Assembly (NCBI GenBank): GCA_013115145.1
Contig: JAAPAO010000385.1
Span: 1-34,096 of the forward strand
Origin: Perkinsus chesapeaki ATCC PRA-425
Taxonomy: Eukaryota > Protista > Perkinsozoa
Direction of reading: 5' to 3'
Length of the DNA stretch: 34,096 nt
This document shows, one piece after another, positions 10,676 to 21,259 of the stretch. Made by a program: the position numbers and the translations under genes. The notes beneath the pieces are model-generated. The model worked only from the letters and a program-made list of their open reading frames with translations. It did no database searches and was not told the DNA's origin. How positions within the stretch are numbered: the first letter of the stretch is position 1; the number at the start of each line of letters is the position of its first letter.

Positions 10676-12564
10676 TCACAAGCAGAAAAAACTGAAGTGG
10701 GAGTTGTTAACTCCTACTGTGCGACACTCGTACTGCTTGGATATCCGATTTATATCGCGCATTGGTATATGTGAAATTGGATTGCAGTATGTACTACTTC
10801 GCTCCACCCGGAGGACAAACGTTTGTTGCAAGCCTCATTCATTTGGTAAGAACCATACTACTGTGTACATCCAAAACGAATAGCATATGTACACAAGAGC
10901 CATTGTACGGTGCATCTAGGCCCTTACGGCAATAAAACACTTTCACTAGTAATACTACGCTTGGAGATAGCGATTAAAACAAAACGAACAACTTCGGTAT
11001 CCTAGGTTGTCCCTTGATCGCCGTGAATACCGAAGCTACAAGAGCTACGATTAAAGCACGATAAGACGTTAATATGTGCAGATTACCCGACTGCAGTAGC
11101 TCACAGGAGGGCTCAGCAGCTTGAAAATCGCACTTGGATATCAATCAACTAGCATCAGTTAAAGTGTCGGAATATTGAGTCTTCAACGGTCAGCATTTGC
11201 CAACCTACGTTAAGGTTTATCATCAACGCTATAATGAATCATTTCACCTCAGCTCTCATAATCCGGTGGGTCATTAGCTACCGAAACAGCAAACGCCGAG
11301 GCGAAAGCGCAGCAACTTCAATCTAAATAAATGCTCCATCACGGGAGATTAAAAACACATTGGAAAAATGTAACAATCGGCGGAGCGAATTACAACAAAT
11401 GCAATTCACAAAGGCTCCCTGAATACCTTCGTATCGGCAACTCTTAGCACTACCTAGAACATCAGTGGTACCGGCAGCGTGAGAGCCTTTTTTTTTACGC
11501 TAAGCCTCTAGAGAGCCTTAGCGTGGTACGGAGGACGAGTCAGACGTAGGACAAAAGTAGATATGAGATAGTTTCCTCACTATTTATCGGAGGGAAGTCA
11601 AGCTTTATCATCAAACTCGCAATAGTTATTATGCCTCAGTGTGGTGCATGGCTTCAGTTTTCCACATGTTCTCTTTCAGAACAGGTCTGTGTATGAAGGT
11701 ATAATCATCAAAGGCAATAATCAATTAATAAGAGCATCAGGCAGTACGAACACCTAGGGTGGTTTGTCATCATCATTATCAGATGACACGCATGAATATG
11801 GAATCAATCATCATTAGCTTGATACATTTATCAAGAGAGATTGTGTTGTTATACACCAAGCGCAAGCTGCTATAAATCGATCGCCCAATCGATTAGTGGC
11901 GAGCGCGGATTCTCCAGCGGAGGCAATGCAATCGATCACGCTGTTCAAGAAGTGTAACCAACACCGTTGCCAATCATCTCATCAATTCAAACTGATCGTT
12001 ATTGGCTGTCCCTCCTGAGCTGCACTGACTGTGTGCACGACTCTCTCAATACAGCCGTAAATCGCTGAAGGTACTCGAAGTTCTATTTCGGCTAACAGGA
12101 ACATGATATCCCTTCGTATAATTCAAACTGAATACCACCTGCTATTGTACAGGCCTGCTATGATGAAAGTATTTCATTTGGCTTAATCTTTTCTGTCTAC
12201 CGTCTTTGGCGGGACATGGAGACCTCATGATGACGAGACTGAGCATATTTGCCTGTAACACCCTCATCTCTAGCAACTTAGTTCCGCACTTCAAGCACGT
12301 AACTGACGATCATAGTGAAAGTATCACTAAGAAACTTGCGGTTAACTATTTGAAGTGTATGTGTTGAAAACATTTCGTTCATTGTATGTTGTGAAGGCTA
12401 GATAGTGTGGTCAAATACCGTACACCCTTGGGAGAGCATTTTCACTGACTGGTCTGTACAATCTCAATATGAACTTAGATTCTGAATATAGGAATGATTT
12501 CATCATATCATGGGGTACGTACGACCCCATTCAAACCTCAATATGAAACAAAGTGAGCAAGAGG

Positions 12565-12765
12565 TTGCTGGTGAAGGAAGGGGACGAAGGAATAGTCAGT
12601 GACTATTAGTCATCCGCCTTACAGAACTTGGACTGAAACTCCACACAGTGTAGACTTAATGTGTGAAGGAAGCATTCCAATACATCCAAAAAATGCAGAA
12701 CTCCAACGGTGATGCCAAAGAGGAACGCGAAGCCTACTGATATCCAAATGGGTTGGAAAGAGCCA
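12565..12765 (-). pseudogene. Degraded 3'-terminal fragment of a V-ATPase subunit a gene (closest to the 15052 copy)
   Basis: Aligns with ~15080-15265. Reads GSFQPIWISVGFAFLFGITVGVLHFLDVLECFLHTLSLHCVEFQSKFCKADD*; the conserved HTLRLHWVEF has become HTLSLHCVEF, and a 14-bp frameshifting insertion lies at 12592-12613. Confidence 0.9.
12592..12613. other. +14 inverted-target scar (13/14), target ATAGTCAT, with the empty site visible in the paralog
   Basis: ATAGTCA G TGACTA T TAGTCA T. The paralog at ~15106-15116 reads AATATCCATCC (11 nt) versus 25 nt here, exactly +14. Confidence 0.85.
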
Positions 12766-13649
12766 CTGTGCCATAGGTTGTTTATTCGAGTTCAATGATG
12801 TGCTGAGTTCCTTTGCATGTGAGATCCATAGGACATCGAGCAGGCTTCAAAGAATTAGTAATGTAGAACAATCACGCCAAACCTGACGTGGCCAAGACGT
12901 CGCAGCTGATGATAACGACTCGGAAATTGCACATTATACCCGATAGAAAGCTCACACACTAGGACATACAAGGGTCGAGGTATGCAAATACAGCATATAT
13001 CACATAGCGGTGGTTCCAGCGCAAGTACATTGTGGCTGTCGCGAAGGTAACGACTGCGATAGCAGTAACCACAATACTGGAACGTTGCACCTCGTCTGTA
13101 TTAGTAGGGACTCTCCTTGAAGACGAGACAGAACGGGACTAAGTACCGTCGCCGCTCTTTCTGCCAGGCTTGCCACGACCACCTTGTCTAATTTTATCAG
13201 AGTTTTCATAGAAATATTGAAGTGATTAATGCGTGGCGATTCGTAAACCGGACCCATCTCTCATTCATCCTTACCCGCGTTGCTAATCTAAAACTAGAAG
13301 GGTCATCAGCGCTATGGCGTCAGCAACCAGCATTGAATAACCCGTGGTCCTCCCCGATCACCCTCGTTTTGTCGTTCTGAGCAGAGAGATCCAGCTCATA
13401 TCATTTGTCTTCTCTTTGATCTTGTGTCGAAACTTTTTTCTCGGATCGCCAGCGGATCAGCATCCGCCGGCCGGTTTTAATGCCCATTCATAGCGCAAGG
13501 GTTTGCTAGAGACTCTCTTGGATGTAGCAAACAATACCATTCTACTGGGAACTATTCAAACACACCACATGAGTGTAAATTCAGTATATCTGAGTATGCA
13601 GTAGCCAGTGACACTAACTGGATACTACTACAGCCAGACGCAATGAAAT

Positions 13650-14386
13650 AGAATATTTCGTATCTGATTCTGGACAATCATATGCCGGTATAGCGTCATA
13701 TCAACTTGTTTAGCAATTCAAGACGTTTGTTCCACATTTAGGCCATTACGTTCACGCTATACTATCAGAGATGATGAGCCAGAAGTCTCAGATCAATGTG
13801 AAAGGCGTAGCTTCAGGAAATCCATTCATTGCTCCTGGCTTCCAGTCACAAATGGCACGTATTCGAAGTAGAAGTCAATTCGTTTCAGTTACGGAAACGA
13901 TCCAGACATGGCCTTCAAAAGTGGTACAGCTCCGAGCGTTATTAAGCTGTATCACTAAAGCCTAGCATAATTAGATTCTCATATACGCGGGTGATCAAGA
14001 CTATATAGCCAATTGGATGGGCAATCGGGCATGGGTGCTGAACCTCAAATAGAACGGCATCGATGGGTACAAGAGTGCTAAATATGCATCGTTTGAAATG
14101 AGCCAGCCAGCCGCACGGTAAACGTTTCCGCGCGGTAATCCGTCTAGCATAATATTCCTTCTCATCTTCAGCTTCCCAGTGGGAAGAAGGTTGGTAAACT
14201 CAAGACCTTCACTCAGTCGAGCTGAGGCGGCCAGCTGAGCTTCTTGCAGGTGTGAAATGGGTTTTGGCGCATGCGCTCGAAGTCTCTGATCAACAGTTCT
14301 TCAAAGTGGGGCACTCGGTGGCGATGGAGGAACCAGTAGGAATGCTGAAGGCATTGAGAGATTTCGTCAACAACGAACTAGGCTAG
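13650..14386 (+). pseudogene. Serine carboxypeptidase S10 pseudogene (inverted, 5'-truncated, internally deleted paralog of 1640-3852)
   Basis: GQSYAG|HYVHAIL, INVKGVASGNPFIAP, YGNDPDMAFKSG, ILIYAGDQDYIANWMGN, VGKLKTFT..GGQLSFLQ|FFKVGHS, with intron positions matching the intact gene. In-frame TAG at 14050-14052 (Trp in the paralog), TGA at 14223-14225, a donor GT>AT near 14098, and loss of the exons matching ~2870-2035. Confidence 0.85.
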
Positions 14387-15051
14387 AGGCAACAGAAACT
14401 TGTCTTCACCAACTCACATCCGAGCTCCGGCAACCTCATACCATTACTGACGGCCTGAGGGCCGCGGAAATCTGTTTAACCCATCTTTCTTACATTACAA
14501 CGTATCTCGCCGGGATCTTTGAACCCCGGCCTATGTAAAGGATCTTGAGACTCTTGAGCTGAATTGTCAGCTCCAACTTCGGTTATGATGTCCGATTTAA
14601 GAGTCTCCTCTTTTCATAAACTATCGGTACTCGTATTGCGTTGCAGAAGTCGGAGGGTTCAGCCGGTGATACCAACAACAACGACACTCTGACCAGATAA
14701 GAAAGTTATGAAATATCGTAAATCGTCACAGGATGGATCTGGAGCTGGAGTTGGAGCTCAAGAGGGAGATGATCCAATGGATCCAATTAACAGTCAACAA
14801 CTATAGTCTTTATCGTCTCCGGAGTGGAACAGTGGAGGTGAAGGCATAGGGTTATGTGCCAGTCAGTCGGTCAACTCGAATGCGAAGGATTTCTGGTTTT
14901 GTATTTTATAGGACCAGCTTCGCTGACTCTATCGCATTTTCAAAGGTATACTATCAAGACAAGCTGTTGAATAATATTAGAAATCATTTCATCACATATC
15001 ATGGGATACACACTTCTCATTCAAATATCAAAATAAAATAAAATAAAAAAA

Positions 15052-17788
15052 TCACCCATTGAGTTCAGCGATAAGAACTTGCTGGTGACGATAGGGGACG
15101 AAGGAATATCCATCCGCCTTATAGAACTTGGACTGAAACTCCACCCAGTGTAGACGTAATGTGTGAAGGAAGCATTCCAAAACATCCATAAACAGCAGAA
15201 CTCCCACAGTGATGCCAAAGAGGACCGCGAAGCCTACGTATATCCAAATAGGTTGGAAGGTGCCAGAGGTCTCGAGCATCGGCTGGAGGGTCTTCTGGAA
15301 GAAAACCAATGATAGCTGTTGATGCGCCAAGGAGAGAGCCCATTGACGCAGATATGAGGCGGTATGAGATATGGTCCCCAAAACGTATTCAATTGTCTCG
15401 ATAATTTGGTGAATAACAACCTCACCGAAGGGCTCCTCATCGTGCTCATCGCTGTGCTCCTTATGGTGCTCCAGGAGGGGCTCTTCAAGATTACCGTTTG
15501 TCTCAGTAGGACGGTGTGGCTTCTTTGACATCTTTCTCTTGATAAAGATGATGATAGGCTTTGGTATAAGCATGATAGGAACTGCACATGCCGTGATGTA
15601 CATCAGGACCTTCTGAATATCTGCCTGTTGCTGGTATAACGGCTGGCTGTTAGGCTGGCTCAAGCCCATACCAATAAGAGTGTTGATTAGAGATGGAGGA
15701 CCGTTGAGTTGCGGATCTTGTGTCACCGGGGTGACCCATTTGTACATGATCATCCAGTCCATATAACCGAAGAAACACACCATGAAGGCAAGCTGAGGAA
15801 TACACTCAAAGATGAAGTCAGTCCAGTTTCTATGATAGACGGAGTTGCTGAACTTCAGGCAGACACCAAGCAACATTTGAACGACACCGAATAGAACAGA
15901 AAGTTTCATCTTCAAGGAGTTCATGAACAAAAGCTCGTTAGTAGCACCGTGCCACGAAGGATCGATACCGAAGGGATAAGGACCGCTACCTTCACCGGTG
16001 TTAAGGGTATCAAACCATGGCTTGGGCTGCATCTCGTAGTTCACACTCTTACCGATGTGGTGAGGGTCTTCATAGCGGGAGTCGCCGAAGAATCCCATGC
16101 CAACCGAGAGGAAGTCGTTGTACATGAAACCAGCATAAATTGCAAAGAAGCCCATACCGAAGAGAAGGTAGCGGGCATAGGACAGGCCCTGGTGGATAGC
16201 GCTGTCGCTGTACTTCCATCTTTCGGCGTTCAGTAGGGCATAAATGGCGACACATAAGAGCATTGCACCATGGGCAACATCACCGTACATAACACCAAAC
16301 ATAAAGGGGAAAGTGACTATCGTTATCACACCGGGATTGAACTCCTTGTAATGGGGAACCCCGTAGGTCTCCACCAGCTCCTGGAAGGCGTCCGTGAAGG
16401 CGTCCCGCTTCACGTAGGTTGGCGGCGGTTTGCCATGATAGTCGGCATCAGTGACGAGCATTGCGGAAGCTCGTGCGGCTCCCCCAAAAGAGGCGTGGGC
16501 CAGAACACGGCGGATAGCATCTTCCTCATTGGCTGGGTACCAGCAGTCGGCCCTAAGGGTTGTCACACCCTCGAAAAGGTTAAGAGTAGCATAGATGCTT
16601 TTCTCTTTCATGCAGAAGAGCCTCCACTCTTCAACACGAGAGTTGCCGCCGATGCGGATAGGCTCTAGAAGTGACCTAGCCTCATTTCTCATTATTCTAT
16701 CAAAGCCCTGCAAGGCGCTTGTCTTATCAGCAATGCTGGACTCGAGAGCCCGAGAGCGTTGTTCGGCTTCGGATTGGGACTCAGGCCAGTCATACAGGTT
16801 GACGCCCATCGCTCGGCAGATCCTGTTCAGCTTAGCCGCCATGGCACTGATAGCGGCGTCGCCTTGGAAATAGATGACGAAGACGCTCTTCGGCTCACAC
16901 TGATGTCTCAGGTCCTCGGCGGCGATCTCGGTGAAGTGGGTGAAAGCGTTACCACGTGTTGCACGAAAGACAGTGCGAGCGAAGGTCTCTTGGTCTCTGA
17001 CGCTGATGACTCCAGCGATGTTGGAGAATTGCATACCGTGAGCTTTGGCGTAACTCGAGCCGTCGACCGTAGTGTCAAGCAAGCGTGCTTCCAACGCACT
17101 CCTGCCAGTTGATGAGACGCCTTCCGCCAGACTAGCACGAACAACATGAAGCTCCTCGATGGCAGAGTTGAGCTCAGCAGTGAGGATCTCATTGTTGGAC
17201 TGGAAGCGAACGAAACGGTCGTAAAGCTTGTTGAGATCGGCCTCCAAAGTATCCAAGGAAAGCTCGTTATCATGCTGTAAGAAGTTGTCGACACGGTTCT
17301 TGTAGAGCGGCATGGAACCGACGCTTTCAACCTCTCTTGAGAGGAATCTCAGCATTCTCTCCATCTCCTCGATACGCTGAATGTATTTACGATAGGACCT
17401 GAGGGAGAATAGCTTCTCTTCCATCTCCTGAAGGAGAAGTAGAAGAACACACAGACAGTTGACAGACCATCCGTCACGAACGATCCAACATGAAGCATGA
17501 CGGCACCTCATGGAAGGTCAAAAGTGTCAGCAGGATGGCCAAGAAACACAAGCATTTCGTTAAAAGCCAGTAAAACGCCAAAATGAGTACAAGTTTCGTT
17601 TCAGACCAAAAAAGTTGATGCGCGCGTATAAATACGGAGAGCGCAGTTGACCTGTTCATAGTGTTGTCGTTCATGTCCTCAAACATAATGCTAGTCTCAT
17701 GACCAAGCAGGTCAATGTAGTTTCGAGCCCATTGGGCAGGGACCACTAGAGTCCCGTGGGTCATGGTCTCGCTACGCAAGATACCCAT
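15052..17788 (-). CDS. ATP6V0A: V-type H+-ATPase V0 subunit a, copy 1 (exons 17788-17652 and 17398-15052; 827 aa)
   Basis: MGILRSETM start, VFRATRGN, FPFMFGVMYGDVAHG, PYPFGIDPSW, NSLKMKLS, SHTASYLRQWALSLAH (essential Arg), LRLHWVEF. One 253-nt phase-2 intron after codon 45. Confidence 0.95.
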
Positions 17789-17990
17789 AAGCTTACTCGA
17801 TAGCAGCAGCGTCAGCAAACTACTAGCAGGAGCTAATTGAAGAGGAGGAACGCAAGACAGCATGGAACCTTTTCCATTTGTATAGGAACACGAATAAATG
17901 AATAGGCTGTTCGCCTTAGCGAGTCCCAAGGGATCGGATAAGAAAAAAGCGCAGATAACTTTCGTTGAATGCAATCCGTGTTTAGACAAT

Positions 17991-20508
17991 CTAACCCTCA
18001 AGCTCGTTCTTGATGATATCGAAGTGACGATAAGGCACGAACGGATAACCATCGCCCATATAGAACTTGGACATGAATTCGACCCAGTGCAGACGAAGGG
18101 TATGAAGAGTGCACTCTAAGACATCCATAAACATAAGTACACCCAAAGTAATACAGAAGAGGACTGCCCAAGAGCAATAGATCCAGATGGGGTTCATCAC
18201 ACCGGTGGACTCGAGAGCACCTTCCATGATCATCTGGAAGAACACAACGGAAAGCTGCTGATGTGCCAAAGAAAGGGCCCAAATACGGAGGTATGATGCC
18301 GTATGGGACACACAACCAAGAACGTATTCGATGGTCTCAATCATCTGGTAGATCCAGACCTCATCCATACCCTGCTCATCTATCTCCATGTCGAGCTCAG
18401 CCTCGTTATCATCCTTAGGGAGAAGGGACTGAGCCTCGATGTCCTGCTGACCAGCGGCGGCGCGCTTAGCAGCCTTCTTGGCCTTATACGACCTCTGGAT
18501 ACCAATAATGATCGGCTTGGGTAGCAACATAAGTGGCAAGGAAAGAAGCAAGATGATCATGAACCATTTCTGGATAGGGAACTGACCGTGGTATAAGGGC
18601 TGCTTATCGGTTTGGTTAAGACCGAAGGAGATCAAAGTATTGATCAGAGAGGGGGCACCGTTAAGGGTAGGATCCTGATCAATAGGGGTAACCCACTTGT
18701 AAAGGATCATCCAGTCCATGTAACCGAAGAAGAGGAGAAGGAATGCCATCTGGGGAATGCAGACGGTGATCCAATCCAACGCATCACGGAAGTAGGTATC
18801 ATTACCAAACTTAAGGCAGACACCAAAGATCATTTGAGCGACACCGAATAGAACAGAAAGCTTCATCTTCAAGGAGTTCATGAACAAAAGCTCGTTAGTA
18901 GAGTTATGCCACGAAGGATCGATACCGAAGGGATAAGGACCGCTACCGTTGCCGGTGTTAAGAGTATCAAACCATGGCTTAGGCTGCATCTCGAAGTTCA
19001 TACCGTGGCCGTAATCGGCGGGATCCTCATAACGAGCAGTACCGAACCAATGGATACCAACACCAAGGAGATCGTTGTACATGCAACCAGCGTAGATGGC
19101 AAAGAGACCCATAAACAAGATGAGGTATCTTGAGTAGACCAATCCTTGCAAAAGACCGTTGTCGCTGTACTTCCACTTCTTAGTGTTTTGGATGGCCCAC
19201 AGAGCAAACCAAGTCAAAAGGATACCATGACCAACATCACCGTACATAGTACCGAACATGAAGGGGAAGGTGATGATACTTACAACACCGGCGTTGAACT
19301 CCTGATAACGAGGCGTACCGTAGGTATCGATAAGAGCCTGGAAAGCGGCGCTGAACTCGGTTGTCCTAGTGTAAGTAGGAGGCATGGCCTTGGGGGCGTG
19401 TTGGTCATCAATAAGCATGGCAGAAGCGGGCAGGCCGGCACTGGCGAGGACCTCACGGATGGAGTCCTTCTCCTTGGTGGGGTACCAGCAATCGCATCTC
19501 ATGGACACATCACCCTCGAAGAGGTTAAGGGTAGCGTAGATACTCCTCTCCTCAATGCAGAAAAGCCTCCACTCCTCAATACGAGAGTTACCGCCCATAC
19601 GGATAGGCTCCAAGAGACCACGGGCCTCGTCCTTAGTGTACTTGGCGAAACCGGCAAGGGCATGACGCTTGTCCGCGATAACAACCTCGAGGTTCTTGAT
19701 CCTCTCCTCGGCCTCCTCCTTAGTGGCGGGCCACTGATAGAGATGGACACCAACGGCGCTGCAGATACGGTTGAGCTTCGAAGCCATAGCGGAATCAACA
19801 TTAGTGCTCTGGAAGTAGATAACAAAGACACTCTTGCGACTGTCGGGGATCTCAACGAACTGGGTGAAGGTGTTACCACGAGTAGCACGGAAGACGGTTC
19901 TGGCGAAGCTGTCTTGATCTTCCATCTTCACAACACCAGCTATGTTAGAGAACTGCATGTGCTCCTCCCTGCGACGAGAGCCCTGGCCCGTAGGCTGGCC
20001 CTGAAGAAGAGGTTGGCTGAGTCCCTCGCCCGCTGCGACAAAACCGGTTGAGATACTGTCCTTAACAACATTAAGCTCCTCGATGGCGGCCTCGAGCTCG
20101 GTGGTCATCTCCTCGTTGTTGCTGTGGAAGCGAACGAACCTCTCGTAGACTCTCTTGACCTCGGCCTCGAGACTATCGAGATTGAACTCGTCATCATGGT
20201 CCAAGAAGTCATCGATACGGTTCTTGCTGACCTCAACATTGGGCATGTTCTCGACCTCCTTCCTTAAGAAGCGGATCATTCGCCCCATCTCCTCAATGCG
20301 CTGGATGTACTTACGATAAGGCCTAAAGGACACTAATACAAAGACGCTACATTAGCAGGTGGGCCTCCTACCTCTGCATAACGGATGAGTTCATATCATC
20401 GAACATGATCTGGGTCTTGTGACCGAGTATGTCAACATAATCTCTGGCCCACTCATGGGGCAGCACGATAGTGCCGTGCGTCATAAACTCACTTCTGAAA
20501 ATTCCCAT
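17991..20508 (-). CDS. ATP6V0A: V-type H+-ATPase V0 subunit a, copy 2 (exons 20508-20372 and 20322-17991; 822 aa)
   Basis: Same motifs, SHTASYLRIWALSLAH; 49-nt intron (20323-20371) at the identical position. Confidence 0.95.
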
Positions 20509-21259
20509 GCTTGGTAGAAATAAGCAGGAACTGAAACAGTAGAAGAATGTCAAATCCTCACCATACCACCACCAAAGCGGAACAGGATACACCGGATACA
20601 CATCCTGTTTACTTCAACCCTAATCGTGAACAACAAGCCGAAGTAACAATTAGACTTCAAGTCGCCCAAGAACTAAGCTTAACCGCTGAAGGTGAACAGC
20701 TTTACCACCACCTGTCCCCTACCGACACAATTTGGGGACTTCCTAAGCTCCAAGATGCTTCTGGTAGCTGCGAAAGATTCACAGCAAACCTTAAGCTTAA
20801 GCTTCTGCTACAGTTGTTAACCATTGTTCATTCCCTACTCGACGGCAAGCATCCGATGGTTGATAGCCATCGAGCTGTCTTCGAGCTAGTCTTAAGTCTA
20901 AAGGGCAACCTCGGCGGCCACCGAGAGGAAGGCTCCTACTTATGGCTCAACAAAGCTGTGTTCTAGATACAGGATGAGAAGCTATGAAGTGTGGAGTATC
21001 TTTTGGTATAAAGGTGAAGCGGCGGCGAAGGTTAATTAACTACTTAAGACAACATAATAGACCTTTCACTCGAGATTTAGTACAATCCCAACAACACGCC
21101 ACTACGTCGAAACGATAAACGGCGATTTGAATAATAGCTCAAAAAGGAGGAGTTGGATAAACTGTTGGAAATGAATCGTCTATCAATTCCTTCACCACCT
21201 CAACAGCATCATAAGTCACGTAATAGTTATCATCAACACCTTTACTGCTGCTAAAACGT

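Noticed and set aside
12314-12335. 11/14 match to the scar geometry (also 29666-29687)
   Set aside because: About one such match is expected by chance in 34 kb.
15654-15664. CTGGCTCAAG, resembling the 3' end of the Perkinsus/dinoflagellate spliced leader
   Set aside because: Only a 10-nt match, antisense within V-ATPase coding sequence; chance.
15052-17511. ORF-track N-terminus MRCRHASCWIV... for V-ATPase copy 1, and similar GTG/TTG starts for copies 2 and 3
   Set aside because: These read through intron sequence; the true first exon (MGI..RSE..THG) lies upstream in each copy.
20547-20966. 139-aa plus-strand ORF between V-ATPase copies 2 and 3
   Set aside because: No protein motif; composition fits the antisense of a G/T-rich upstream region of copy 2.
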